64,000 nt of DNA, taken from assembly GCA_964199315.1 (NCBI GenBank), contig OZ116701.1, forward strand, positions 31,310,001-31,374,000, given 5' to 3'. Position numbers and translations under genes: made by a program. Below the pieces are notes generated by a model, which worked only from the letters and a program-made list of their open reading frames with translations, did no database searches and had not been told where the DNA came from. This DNA is from Orbicella franksi (taxonomy: Eukaryota). Each line of letters begins with the position of its first letter. Positions within the stretch are counted from its first letter, which is position 1. Positions 12,001-23,591 of the stretch are shown piece after piece.

Positions 12001-14344
12001 AGCTTTCAAGTGGCCTAGTAAAAACAGAGATCTAATAAAAAAATGCGAATGTGATTGATGCTTATTGATCCAAATGTTGAATGTTAAGCATTTGAATCAC
12101 ATCATCATCAACCAGACTGACCTTCATTTTTAACTATAAGGACAGCCAGGTGAAGTGACCCAATTGTTTGACTTTTAATCTTTTTATTGTTTCTTTATAT
12201 GATGCCTGTATTAATAGTACCTTTACTGGGCAAACAACTTATGTTAACTGAATAAAGTTTTTGATGTATACATACCTGTGTTGTTGTGCTCATCTGCCCA
12301 TTCTTCAAAATATCTCCATCCCTGTTGTATGTTTTTGAATACAGCCGACTCATTGGATCTTATAAACACATGGCTATAAAGGATTCCCTTTTCAAAAATG
12401 AGGTGGCATGCTTATAGGTACCTTGCAGTTTCTTTCACAACATCACTTTTTTTCTCGGCCTTCACCACTCAAACTTGCATATTCTTCCAAGGCTGCAATC
12501 ATATAACGTTGCTGTAGAAAATGTGAAAGTAAACAAAACCACTTATCACTCTTTCGTTCATAAAATTGTAGGCTTCGTCTAAATTGTAAAACAAATATTT
12601 GTAACATTAATTCCTGCCAGTATGTGCGTGTGTGGCATAAATTATCATTCTTCCATCATTTTATTTATTTTCAAGCTAAGGATCTATAAAGTTCTACAAA
12701 ATTACACTAATTTTCCTCTCATAACTGCATTATTTTTGCAGGCATAACATTCAGTCTTGTCCAGCAGTCACGTTGCACATAGCTATACCTCAGACCAGGA
12801 ACACGCTTACCCAGTCCTTTTGCAGATCTCTCTTGATCCCTGTGATATTGATCAATTGTTGGCTGCCAGCCAAAAGTAGTACCTCCCTTCTCAAAAGCTT
12901 TTTCCCCTTGTTCCTTGAACTGTACAAAGCTGCAATGACGTTCTTTAACTGGAAAATATAAGAAACAATAACACCCAGGTGTTACAAATTGCACACACTA
13001 CGAGAATAATTAAATTAGAAGGCCATACCTGGTGAGCAGGGCATATCATGACAAAGCAGGTTTTGTCTGATCTGGTGCTGAATGGATTGATGAAACTGGC
13101 CTTGAACCGGTATTGCTCATCACCACCGTCTTCTACTGGGAGCTGCTCATTTGCATAGCCACATAGCCTCTTGAAAAGCGCTAAGTTACAGGAAGCTCCA
13201 TCACCAACCAATAGAATGACATGGAACCGGTACTTTTCAAGGGTACTGATCACCTTAAAGATGATGTCATGTAGGAACTTTCCATCCAGGGGTACTTCAC
13301 GGAAAAAGTAAGGCCCAGCAAACTCAAACCCAGATGTCAAATCCCGCCAGTAGGTCTGAAGAACATGACTTGCTTTTTGACCAATTCCATTTTCTGAGGC
13401 AAACAGGGACTCATAAACATCATGGAGACATGACCAGTCATTTTCACTCATTGCATAACCAATGGCGACACCATCTGTGCAACGGATCTGGATCTTACTC
13501 TGCACCTGTTAATTACAATTTTAAAAGCATTTCATGGTCTGAAATTTCAGTTAAAAATAATTTCAAACTATAGCCAGTTAACTGATTGGTATTTACTTTC
13601 CATTTGAGGGATCATGGTGATAAATCAGGATTAAAGGCTTCACCAATCCAACAACAGTTTTGAATCATTGAATGGATCTGAAAGTAGTAATTTAATTTAA
13701 ACTAACGACAACATAAGTTGAGTAAACGCAATAATAAAAGGGGTCTGGCAAAATTGTATATTGAGCCAGCTATTTGTTAAAATATGTAATTGGAACAACT
13801 ATGATTAATTTGTCAAATTTAACTCAGTTAATACTGCTCCAACAAGACAGCAAAAAAAAAAAAGAAGAAAACCACTTAAAATTTAAATGAGGTGCATTAA
13901 TTCATGCTCAATGAGCCCTGTAGGATTCAAATAACATCATTGATTGCAGCCATGCAGACGTACCAAGCAAAGGAAGATAGTCAAAATTCTTTTTTAAATA
14001 AGGTACACCAATTTGGCTGTTATGATGTTAACAAAGGGAATACCCCCTATTCACCTTTGTCTCATCAAAAAGGAGCTCTCCAACTCCCAGTGGCTCTGGT
14101 CTTCCACTGGGGACTGCAGTGGTTTTAAATTGATTAAACAAAGACAGTTGCTCGATGATTCTTTCTTCATGGATACAATCCTCTACTGTTATCTTTGCCA
14201 TTACCCTCTCCAAGGACCTCCTGCATGGTAGCTGGAGAATATCCAGCTTCTTGAGGTCATCAAACAGGGCCGGGCAGCGCGCATAAATGGTAAGAGCCAC
14301 TCGCCAAGACGCCTGCGTCCAACGATTAGATCGATGTCCATATC
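9076..14344 (-). mobile_element. 5'-truncated P-superfamily DNA transposon; one terminus CAGGAGCCATGATCGGGGAC at 9076
   Basis: Absent from duplication copy 2 (empty site near 30330-30400). Terminus matches the mini-element at 36715. Encodes the transposase pseudogene listed next. Confidence 0.8.
10278..14344 (-). pseudogene. P-element/THAP9-like transposase fused to a putative cysteine-protease domain; exons 14344-14055, 13505-13029, 12948-12725, 12511-12276, 11808-11756, 11321-10278
   Basis: Spliced motifs LQLPCRRSL, LLFDETK|V, LVGDGASCN, CPAHQ|LKN, WTRLNVMPAKIMQ, KFLAWQ|TFDL, RLESLFG. Lesions: frameshift at ~12903-12908, TT instead of GT donor at 12724-12723, frameshift in the A7 run 12447-12453, TAA at 12414-12412. 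Confidence 0.82.
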
Positions 14345-14639
14345 CTGTAATAGAATGTGTATAATAAGGAGAAGCATAAATTAATGAAAAAGGTATGAGC
14401 TACATGTAAAAGAACCACCAAGCTACTGGGTTATTCTTTGCATGCCCATCCAAATATGTGGACAATACAGGATTTCAAATTTTAATGCTGGACAAGTTTG
14501 CAACAGACTCCCTTCTGATCATAAGATGGATCCAGAAGAAAAAGCCCTCCACATACATACATGCACATTAATTAACAGCATTTCTTATTGCTGTTCTAGA
14601 ACAGACAGGGATGTTTGTCAGAAATTTGAATTAAACCCT

Positions 14640-14975
14640 TGAAGGAGACCAGTGGCCTGGCTCAAGCTATTTTTACCCTCTTGAAAGATACCAAATTATT
14701 AAAAAATACGGAATTTATATTTTCTACTTTTATTCCTCTGACATTTTGCCCAACACCCTAAGTGAGACCAGTAGGCGGAAATTTACACCTTTAAGCAAGA
14801 CAACATGCATATGAAGCCCTATGCCCCCCCCCGGGGGGGGTACTCCCATAAATTTCGGATAGTTGTGTGCCGCGAAGGGTCTTAAACCCTGACCCTATTT
14901 AAGGATGAATCAAACGAAAATTGATACCCTATTTAAGGCCCAAACCTGTAAAATGACATCCTATGCAAGGGGAGA
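14640..14975. mobile_element. MITE fragments (ccggggggggtactccc-type end)
   Basis: ccggggggggtactcccataaa followed by repeated accctattt motifs, similar in style to the intronic MITE at 968; truncated at the templated junction. Confidence 0.5.
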
Positions 14976-14977
14976 AC

Positions 14978-15094
14978 AAAAAATGCTACAAGCCATGAAA
15001 TCAGAACACATCAGGATCGCAAGACTAAGAAAGTTGCTGAAAACTACTCCAGATTATTACATGTGTTCTGATTTCATGGCTTGTAGCATTTTTT
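14978..15094. repeat. 34-bp perfect inverted repeat (14978-15011 vs 15061-15094)
   Basis: aaaaaatgctacaagccatgaaatcagaacacat is the exact reverse complement of atgtgttctgatttcatggcttgtagcatttttt. Confidence 0.95.
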
Positions 15095-15526
15095 CAATTT
15101 ATGAAACCAATCCGCAGGCTAAACGTAAGTCATTTAATTGTCATTCAAATTTTTTTAATTAAATGTGTTCCTACTGAAGCTGCTTGGATTAAGAGACGTC
15201 AAAATCACCTGTATATATTGAAGGCAAACAAACACTACTCCTGCGGTTGAAAATTGTCCAAATAATGACAAATATATTTTCAACCTCGCTACCAAGGCTT
15301 TTTCCTTGAAATTTGGAGGGGGTGGGAAAAGAAAACCTTCTTTGGGAGTTGACGTCTCCATACAGTAGATTTTTAACCATACAAAACTTGTTATAGTCTA
15401 TTCACCAGACTCAAATTAATGAATTTTTGTACTTTCGCGGGGAATTCCAATAGGGGATTTAGTGTTTGAAGTGTTTGAATATATCTCATTTCACGAAATG
15501 TTAATCAGGGATCACGTGACCTGCTG

Positions 15527-15690
15527 CGGGAGGTGCGTTGGCCTCATGGTTAGTGCGCTCGTCTCCGGATCGAGCGGTCTGGGTTCGAGCCCTAGCCAGA
15601 GACATTGTGTTGTGTTTGTGGGCAAGATACTGTCTCTCAACCCAGGTGTATAAAAGGGTACCGGCCAATATAATGCTGCGGGATAAATAC
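15527..15690 (+). mobile_element. tRNA-derived SINE
   Basis: gggaggtgcgttggcctcatggttagtgcgctcg (A box) ... ggttcgagccc (B box). A related copy lies on the minus strand at ~59325-59523. Confidence 0.8.
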
Positions 15691-16204
15691 TCTTTTTCTG
15701 TGGCCATCGTAGCTTAGCAAGAAATAACACACAATCTGCGATGATAAACATGACAAAACGCATTGTTGGAAAACAAAAAAAAACTTTCTTTTTACTTGAC
15801 GTTTCGTATGTTTCGACATACATCTTCAGAAGTGACCGTTGAAAATAGCAGAAACGACTAAAATTTTAAGTTTAAGATAAGTAACTAATTAATAATGACA
15901 ATGACAGAAGCTGAAAACAAACATTGCATCTCAAAAGATACAAACTAATAAAGATAACGCTTTTCGCTGCTAACATTATCATCAAGGGTAGGTTTCAGTT
16001 CCCTAATTACTAGAGTCTCATTTTACATTTTGCATTTTACATTGCAAGGAAAACCAGGAAAGAAAAGCATTGCAAGAAAAGCAGTCGAAAATTTAAAAGA
16101 AGGACAGAAAAAGAACTTCCTCCTGTAATGATAAAGGTAAATTACGACTTAAACCCGGCTGGGAATGCAAAATCTGAGAAAACGGGACGTTTTCACATAC
16201 ACGT

Positions 16205-16558
16205 CTCAAGGATCCCGAGACCAAAAACGCGACTGTGGCGCGCCGCTTCATGTGCGAGGATGAGCGAGAGGAGGGAAATATTATACGGGTGAGAATCTCC
16301 AACCCACGCACTGTCTAAGTCGAGAGATTTGCACGCTTGAAACACACGCATAGAGATCCAAGGGAGGGCCAAAACTGGCACCTGTTAACGATCTCAGAGA
16401 TCCCGAGACTTGAAACGCGTCTGTGGCACATCGATCAACACGCGAGGATGTAATTGAAGAGGGAGAAATGATATGGGCGAGTATCTCCAATCCAGGTACT
16501 GATAAAATCATGAACAAGCGTGGAGATCCGAGGGAGGGCCAAAACTGTCACCTGTTAA
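16205..16558. repeat. Diverged ~170-190 bp direct repeat pair
   Basis: gatcccgagac...gcgaggatg...atctccaa and gagatcc.agggagggccaaaactg.cacctgttaa each occur twice. Confidence 0.6.
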
Positions 16559-18964
16559 AGAAGAGGCTTAAACGGGGTTTTATACCTTAAAAATATATAT
16601 ATATATTTTTATAAAACAACTCTGTGGGACAGTTTTGGTACCATGTTATAGTACTTCGCACTCTGACTTAAAAAATGAGCTTTTTCAGGTCACATGCCCA
16701 ATAGTTAATGAATAACTAGCTCCTAAGTGAAAGAGGTGTTCAGCAATTACGTACCAATGAATGGTTCGAGACGCATGGAATTAAGTTCATCCAATCCATA
16801 AGTACGTTGTACAGGGAGCAAATTTGAGAAAACAGTGTTTTGAGGTGTTTTGTTTTTTTCTCATGAAAATGGGGAAAATGTTACTAATAACTAATATATA
16901 TTAACTAAATTAACTGAATAACAGGGCGGGGAAACATTTTATATATTGCAATTGCTGGAGGTTTACGACCTAGATAACTGTGTCATTTTCCAATCATAAA
17001 AAATTTGACAAATTCAGTTGAATCTCAATAGAGATATGCTGTGCGAGATATTGGTGATCTGTCTATTTGGTCATTTTTAGAGATAAGACTTCCAAGTATT
17101 ACTTCAGTCTCCTAGAACTCAAATTAGGGGAAAGGGGAGTAGGTGCAGCTGGAGGGGGTATATCGGAAGGCTTTACATCAGTGTGTCATTGAATACCCAA
17201 ATACAAACCAGTCATAGAAATGTTAATCAAGTATAAGGAGCGTATAAGATCGTAGAGGAAACAATGTTCAGCTGGACCATGATGCAAAATTGTCATAAGT
17301 GCACATGTCTAAAGCTTTCCTTTAAAGTATCATTAAGATGTACTGAAATGAATCCATTTTGTGAGTACTTTTGGGCTGTAAACAACCGTTACTATGGGTT
17401 TTGCCGTGTTGAAATATAGCTATCAGTGTGCAGATTTCTTAATTTAAACGCAAAATCGTATCAAAATACATGGCAAAATACAATGGCAATCTTAATATAA
17501 TTGACTCTGGCCCTATACGACCTATACCCACTTAGGGTTATAGCCAAAATCTAATACAATTGACGATTTACTTCAATGACATACAATATTCCAGCAACAA
17601 AATACTAATGCCATGAGTTAAAGCCAATAATACACGCAGAGACTTGCCGCTATGCTGTATAACGAACACTCTTTGTCACTCAATATTCAAATGAAAGGAG
17701 AAGTTTAATAAAGGCACGCCGAAGTTGAACCTATGTTCTTTTCTCAACATGTTTGTGTACAAATAGTCAACCGAGGATACTATTACATTCTTGTGGCCGG
17801 ACTGTGGAGAAGATCTGCTTTAAACAATTGGACACTTAATTCTGAAGTAGAGAAATAGGTTTTAAAGAAGGGTGCCTCCAAAAGAAAATTGGCATTTTGT
17901 TATGGAGTATTATCTCACAAAATCATTATATATTTACATCCTTGTGGAACATTCTGAACCAAGAGAGACATTTTATTACCCCAGGGGGGTTTCCATATAA
18001 AGAGGGCGGGAGTGCTCGACTTACCTTACAGGGATAAAAAGCGGATATGGTACCTCTTGGGGTGTTCAGACTCAAAAGGTCCCACAGCAAGTGCTTCCAT
18101 GGTACTTTTAAGGGTATTGAGCCAGAAAAGGTCTGTGTCAGATAATGTGTTGCTTTAGTATTAGTACCTCTTAGGGGTTAAAGCAATTTCAAGCCACGCC
18201 CACAAAACAGGGTCTTGGTTCCTCTTAGGGGTTCTTTTCAAAATTTCCGACGAGCTTCCCCGTCCTTTTCATATGGGAGTGCCCCACCCCCCCCCCCGCC
18301 GGAGTATTATCCTCCCTTATCCAACACGTGTGGAAGCGGAGATGACACTTCTCAGTAATTCTTTTTCGCTTAATTGGAGAAATAACTCAGTGTTAATTAT
18401 TGTCAAGTAAGTCTCTAATTGTTCGGAGGCGCTGATTTTCCTTTTGTTAAATGGTCGATGTCAGGACTGGTTACGAAGCCTGTCTTGTTGAAGCCGGCTC
18501 ACGTTACGGTCTTCATTTTTTTTTGCTAATGATTCGGTGTGTCAATAGGCCGAGGCACCTTGTGCCTCTGTTTCACTGAAGAGGAATCCTCGTGCAAACC
18601 AATTCACATGAAAAATGAGTTTGATTTGCATGAAAATAGCTGGTTTTGACATGACGTCACTAAAATTCGAACTACAAAACTATGGATCTTCCTGAGATTA
18701 TACTTAAATGATGTATAAGAGCAGCTGAAAACTAATATTCATACAAATTTTCGCTCCTAATGGAATCTTGGTTCTTTGATACACTGCGCTTGAATTTCTG
18801 AGGTTTTGCGTGACGCAGCATTTCCATGACGGCCTGGAGAGCTGTCATGACGGTTAAAAAAGTGACTTATTTCGGGGAATTTGCACGCTTTTGTAGCAAA
18901 ACTAAGTGACAGATGTTTCTGTTGGTTTCCGGCCGCCATGTTGGTGCCGGCGTGTCTAAAATAC

Positions 18965-19606
18965 TGGTAGCTGGTGACTGGTAACTGGTCACTGGTCACT
19001 GGTCACTGATCACTGGTCACTGGTCACTGGTCACTGGTCACTGGTCCCTGGTCACCGGTCACCGGTCACTGGTCACCGGTCACTGGTCACCGGTCACTGG
19101 TCACCGGTCACTGGTCACCGGTCACTGGTCACTGGTCACCGGTCACTGGTCACTGGTCACTGGTCACTCGTCATTGGTCCCTGGTCCCTGGTCACTGGTC
19201 CCTGGTCACTGGTCACTGGTCACTGGTCACTGGTCACTGGTCCCTGCTCACTGGTCACTGGTCCCTGGTCACTGGTCCCTGGTCACTGGTCCCTGGTCCC
19301 TGGTCACTGGTCACTGGTCACTGGCCGCTGGCCGCTGGCCGCTGGTCACTGGTCGCTGGTCACTGGTCGCTGGTCACTGGTCGCTGGTCACTGGTCGCTG
19401 GTCACTGGTCGCTGGTCACTGGTCGCTGGTCGCTGGTCGCTGGTCACTGGTCGCTGGTCGCTGGTCGCTGGTCACTGGTCGCTGGTCACTGGTCGCTGGT
19501 CACTGGTCGCTGGTCACTGGTCGCTGGTCACTGGTCGCTGGTCACTGGTCACTGGTCACTGGTAATTGTTGACTGGTAACTGTTGACTGGTGACTGTTGA
19601 CTGGTG
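18965..19606 (+). repeat. Heptamer minisatellite (CTGGTCA and variants), left arm, roughly 90 units
   Basis: Units CTGGTCA/CCGGTCA/CTGGTCC/CTGGCCG/CTGGTCG/CTGGTAA read directly. Confidence 0.97.
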
Positions 19607-20718
19607 TCTGATAGATTTGATACCGTGAAAGTCCCATACTACCGTCCAGTAAACTAAAGGTACCTTAGTACACTTATAAAAAGATTATTTGTCCACACAC
19701 GCGTTTTTTTTACTGTAAATTTGCTACATTTAATACGAAATGAGGTAAAGTTTTCATCCATGATTCCTTCTTTCGTCGCTCTTTCAAGTTATTCATTCAA
19801 CAACAAAAGTTAATATACAAAGGTAAATGGTAGTGGGTGGCGGGTAGTGGCTGGTCATATTTCACCAGGGTTGTAATACGATCGCACGGCGCTGAATATT
19901 TCTGTGTCGATTCTGTGTACGTCAAGATTGGAACGATTGTCGCTGACTGCCCCGTCTAAGAAATGAGTTTCGACTACGAGGTAAGTTTTATAAACACATT
20001 GCCGTTAAAACAAATAAGTGTCGGCTTAACTTCAGAGTAACCTGTCTACATATTGATTTTTTTCTTAACATTCAATCATGCCTTTCATTTGGGAGCACGT
20101 GAACGTGTGCACAACATTTGTATCGAATGTTACGAATGCTATTCAACTTTAAGACAACAAATTAACATTTAAGTCGAGATTACAATGCCGAAAACGACAC
20201 GTTCAAAATCGAATCAAAACAATATAAATTAAAACAGTCCGATACATATTGAGTCGCCGCCGTTTAGAGAAGACTGCTCCCACGCGTTAGTAAATTGTCC
20301 GGCATTTGCCATTCTTTTTTCGGATAACCACAAATGGCAAATGCCCCGCGACAAGTAGCCAATATCTATCAGGCGTTCAAGGCGGAGAGATAGTGGTAAA
20401 TGAGAAACGCGATGCATGATCGGGGAAAAGTATTTCTCCCCCCCCCCCCCCCCCCCCACAAGGTAAATATGCAAAACCAAGTAAGCAGCGTAATGTCTAG
20501 CTGTCAAAATAATCGAATCAAAACTGCGCCGCTATTTGTTTTTGCGGTTTGACACCTCTGTAATTTATCGTTTTGCTCATGAGGTTTCTTTTGTTTTGGC
20601 TTATTTCTATTTGCAAGATGTGTTTTAAAGTCTAAACATGTTCACGCTAGAAGGGACCTAAATTTTCCGCAATGGTGTTGACTGATATTTGTTATTTGCC
20701 GGCTTGGAGGCCCGTATA

Positions 20719-20825
20719 CAGTCAACTGTCGCCTTGCGGACATCCCGCTATTACGGTCTCTCGCCATTTAAATACGGACACTAAACGACGTCCCTGAGCG
20801 TGTCCGCTGTAACGAGAGTTGACTG
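20719..20825. mobile_element. Small Tc1/mariner-type MITE inside the foldback element
   Basis: ta|cagtcaac ... gttgactg|ta. Confidence 0.75.
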
Positions 20826-21014
20826 TAGTGACAAACTGTGACCGAGGTCACAGTTTTTCACTGAACGGGCCGACCCTTAGTGAAGCCGGTAAATGACGTT
20901 CTTATTTTTTTACTCACTTCTTTAACTTCAACAACCCTCAAAGATTGTGTTGCAAAAATTATTTGTTTGTATTAGACGCGCGCATCAATGAAGGATGAGT
21001 CGATCGCTAAGCTA

Positions 21015-21258
21015 GAGGGTGGTGAAGGGGGGGGTATAGATCACGTTTCACGGAAAATAAAGCAGCCCTTTCACAATTCACGAAAAATACAACATCGGCA
21101 TTTCACGCTTCACGGAAAATAAAAGAGAACATTTTGGAAAATCACGGTTCACGGCGACTATAGAAATCACGATTCACGAGGAAAAAGATGGCTATTTCAC
21201 ATTTCACAGGAAACAAAAGGGCCGACCACGGGTCACGAAAATACCCTTTAGCACCCTC
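21015..21258. mobile_element. MITE inside the foldback element
   Basis: Imperfect TIR gagggtggtgaaggg / ccctttagcaccctc; aagcta on both flanks; internal repeated ttcacg motifs. Confidence 0.6.
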
Positions 21259-22715
21259 AAGCTACGGAAAGAGTGAAGAATGGTCTCTTTATTTTCCCAT
21301 AAGAACTTACCGCCAAACAAAATAAATTCACCAAAATGGACAGTATTTACGGAAAAGTTCATCAGAGGAAAAGAAAAAAAAATCTGAAATGATAAGAAAA
21401 GCACAAATGTAGCATTAGACTTGCCCTAAGTCGCTCGTATGCATGCAGCGTATGTAGCCAACAAAATCGAGGAATGGCTCCGAATGAGCGACGTTCGTCA
21501 CTTGCAGGAAATCAATTCGCGCTGACGTTTTTTGCCGTGAAAAATTGCATCAATTCGTTTTTTTATCGTATTGACGTCGGTACGAACCACAAGCAACGAT
21601 CGACAAACTACGGCCGTAAAACTGTCATTTGATTTTGTCAATAAAGAGAACGAAAAGTCGCTTTATACGTTTTGTGGTATTTATTTCTCATTTGATAACT
21701 GCAAAACCCTATTTTACAATAACTAAGTGAATTTTCGCGCGCTGATTGGCTAATTTCTATCATGTTTTCTTCCAAACAACGTAGAGGTTCAGGAATAACA
21801 GTCTCGTCCTCTCTCTATGAACTTTTAATGAACTTTTAAAATGTTAATTCGTAGAAGTGGATACCGAGGAGGATACGTGGATACGCGTAGAAGCAAATTG
21901 AGGTCAAATTGAAAATATACTTATAGTTGAATCTCACGAGCTAGATCTAACGATAAAAGATGACGTGCCCCCTCAAGAGTGCAAAAACATGTATTCAAGA
22001 AAATCATGGTCACGTGGGGTGACGCTAACTGCGAATGTAATCTAGCGGACATTCCTTCACCGCTAGGAATTACTGCTTACATGACACGCATGAGGTTTTT
22101 CATACAAATGCTAGGAATAATATCTTGCAAATTATGTGTTGGACTAATGCATGTGATCGTGTCGAATATAGGGGTCGCCATTCTTTTAGGCGTTATGGTA
22201 TTATTGCTAGTAGGGAGACTTGTGACGTTTTCCGTTCAGCCAATTCAGTTAAAACGTCATTCAGTTGTGATTAGTTTTACTTGTTTGTTACTGTTAATGT
22301 TAAAGTTATTTCAAAATCAATAGATCACGTTTCAGATTAATCAATTTTTTATAACCAGTATGGAATTACAGGTTGACGTTTATCAACTTCTGATTCTATT
22401 GTACGGAATAATTTCTTTGCCTCAATAAGATATGATGATAACTACACAATCGTTTTTAGTTATCTTAGGTTTGTTTTTACCAGCTGTGTTCTCATTTGGA
22501 GGATATCTGCTTGTCGGATGAGTAACGTCCAAATGTCAAACGTCGTGGGTCATAGTCTGGTTAATGTGAAAATATTTTGTAAGTCGTTTTAGATACATGT
22601 ATTAGTTAATGTCAACGGTTGGTTGGGCGCTATTGTTATGTTATTTCTTGTTGGAATTAACGTTTTTGTAAATTGATTGGAATAATGCGTTTTGGTCCTA
22701 CCTAACCAAATTCCT

Positions 22716-22966
22716 GTGACCAGTTACCAGTGACCAGTTACCAGTGACCAGTTACCAGTGACCAGTTACCAGTGACCAGTTACCAGTGACCAGTTACCAG
22801 TGACCAGTTACCAGTGACCAGTTACCAGTGACCAGTTACCAGTGACCAGTTACCAGTGACCAGTTACCAGTGACCAGTTACCAGTGACCAGTTACCAGTT
22901 ACCAGTTACCAGCCACCAGTTACCAGCTACCAGTTACCACTTACCACTTACCACTTACCAGCTACC
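22716..22966 (-). repeat. Heptamer minisatellite, right arm (inverted; 14-bp higher-order unit gtgaccagttacca)
   Basis: Reverse complement reads alternating CTGGTAA-CTGGTCA. Confidence 0.97.
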
Positions 22967-23591
22967 AATATTTTAGACACGCCGTGTTGGTGCCCATACG
23001 GATGGGCACCAGCATACAAACCTCTATAAATTTGGGTAAAAAATTTCTCCGCATATCTCGCATGAGAAAAATTACTGTGACCAAAATTTTGGCGAGAGTC
23101 TTCGCATATTTACCTTCTTTCATTTCCCAGATTCTGGACTTTATCTATTGACCGGTTTTGATTTTTATTTTGATGTATTTTGAATTGCGTGACACTGAAA
23201 ACCAGCAATAAACCTGTTGGTTGAGAACATTTTCATGTGAATGGTTTCTCTTCAAGACTCGTTTTGACACAGAGGCAAAAGGCAACTAGGAAATAGAGTA
23301 TTGTATATGATCTTAGCACAATAGAATTTACACTGTGTTAGACCGTTTAGCTGTCTCCATTAAGCTGCATGAAAATAGTTATATATAGGTGATGTCTACC
23401 TGTTAGGGCAATCTTACTAATGCACCAGAGCTAGAGGGGAGGTAAAATTGTTGAATAAAACCAGTAAAAACGGTTCTAACCACAGCTAAGGCTCATAACA
23501 CATCGTCTCGGGTTAAAAATTACCGCCATGACAATCACGACTTATTGACATGACACTGAATGTCCCGGCACGATCTCTTTAGCTAGGTCTG

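Larger units (their letters stand above)
2070..15526. repeat. Segmental duplication copy 1 (~8 kb unit plus 6 kb private insertion)
   Basis: Colinear by eye with 17482-30847, from aatggcaatctta to gatcacgtgacctgctg. Contains the CAP 3' UTR, a PAN-EGF gene, a SINE and a Penelope remnant. Confidence 0.92.
18948..22984. mobile_element. Foldback-like element: TIR plus heptamer arrays, 9-bp TSD
   Basis: TIR CGGCGTGTCTAAAATA(C/T)TGGTAGCTGGT at both ends; TSD tgttggtgc at 18939-18947 and 22985-22993; no transposase ORF found inside. Confidence 0.9.
18639..23206. mobile_element. Non-autonomous TIR element (GCTGGTTTT...AAAACCAGC) split by a 4 kb nested element
   Basis: Absent in copy 1 (gaaaata^aacctg near 3155). 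Flanks give an AT/AATA duplication. The two halves rejoin at atgttggtgcccat. Confidence 0.8.

Noticed and set aside
12900-12912. Programmed -1 frameshift at GGGGAAAAAG in the transposase
   Set aside because: Not a canonical X XXY YYZ in the zero frame, and three other independent lesions show the gene is simply decayed.
19174-19572. 132-aa ORF of WSLV(T/A)G(H/R) repeats
   Set aside because: An artefact of translating the 7-bp minisatellite; no splice or start context.
18965-22966. CRISPR-like or telomeric array
   Set aside because: Contiguous 7-mers with no spacers, not TTAGGG, and bounded by TIRs and a TSD.
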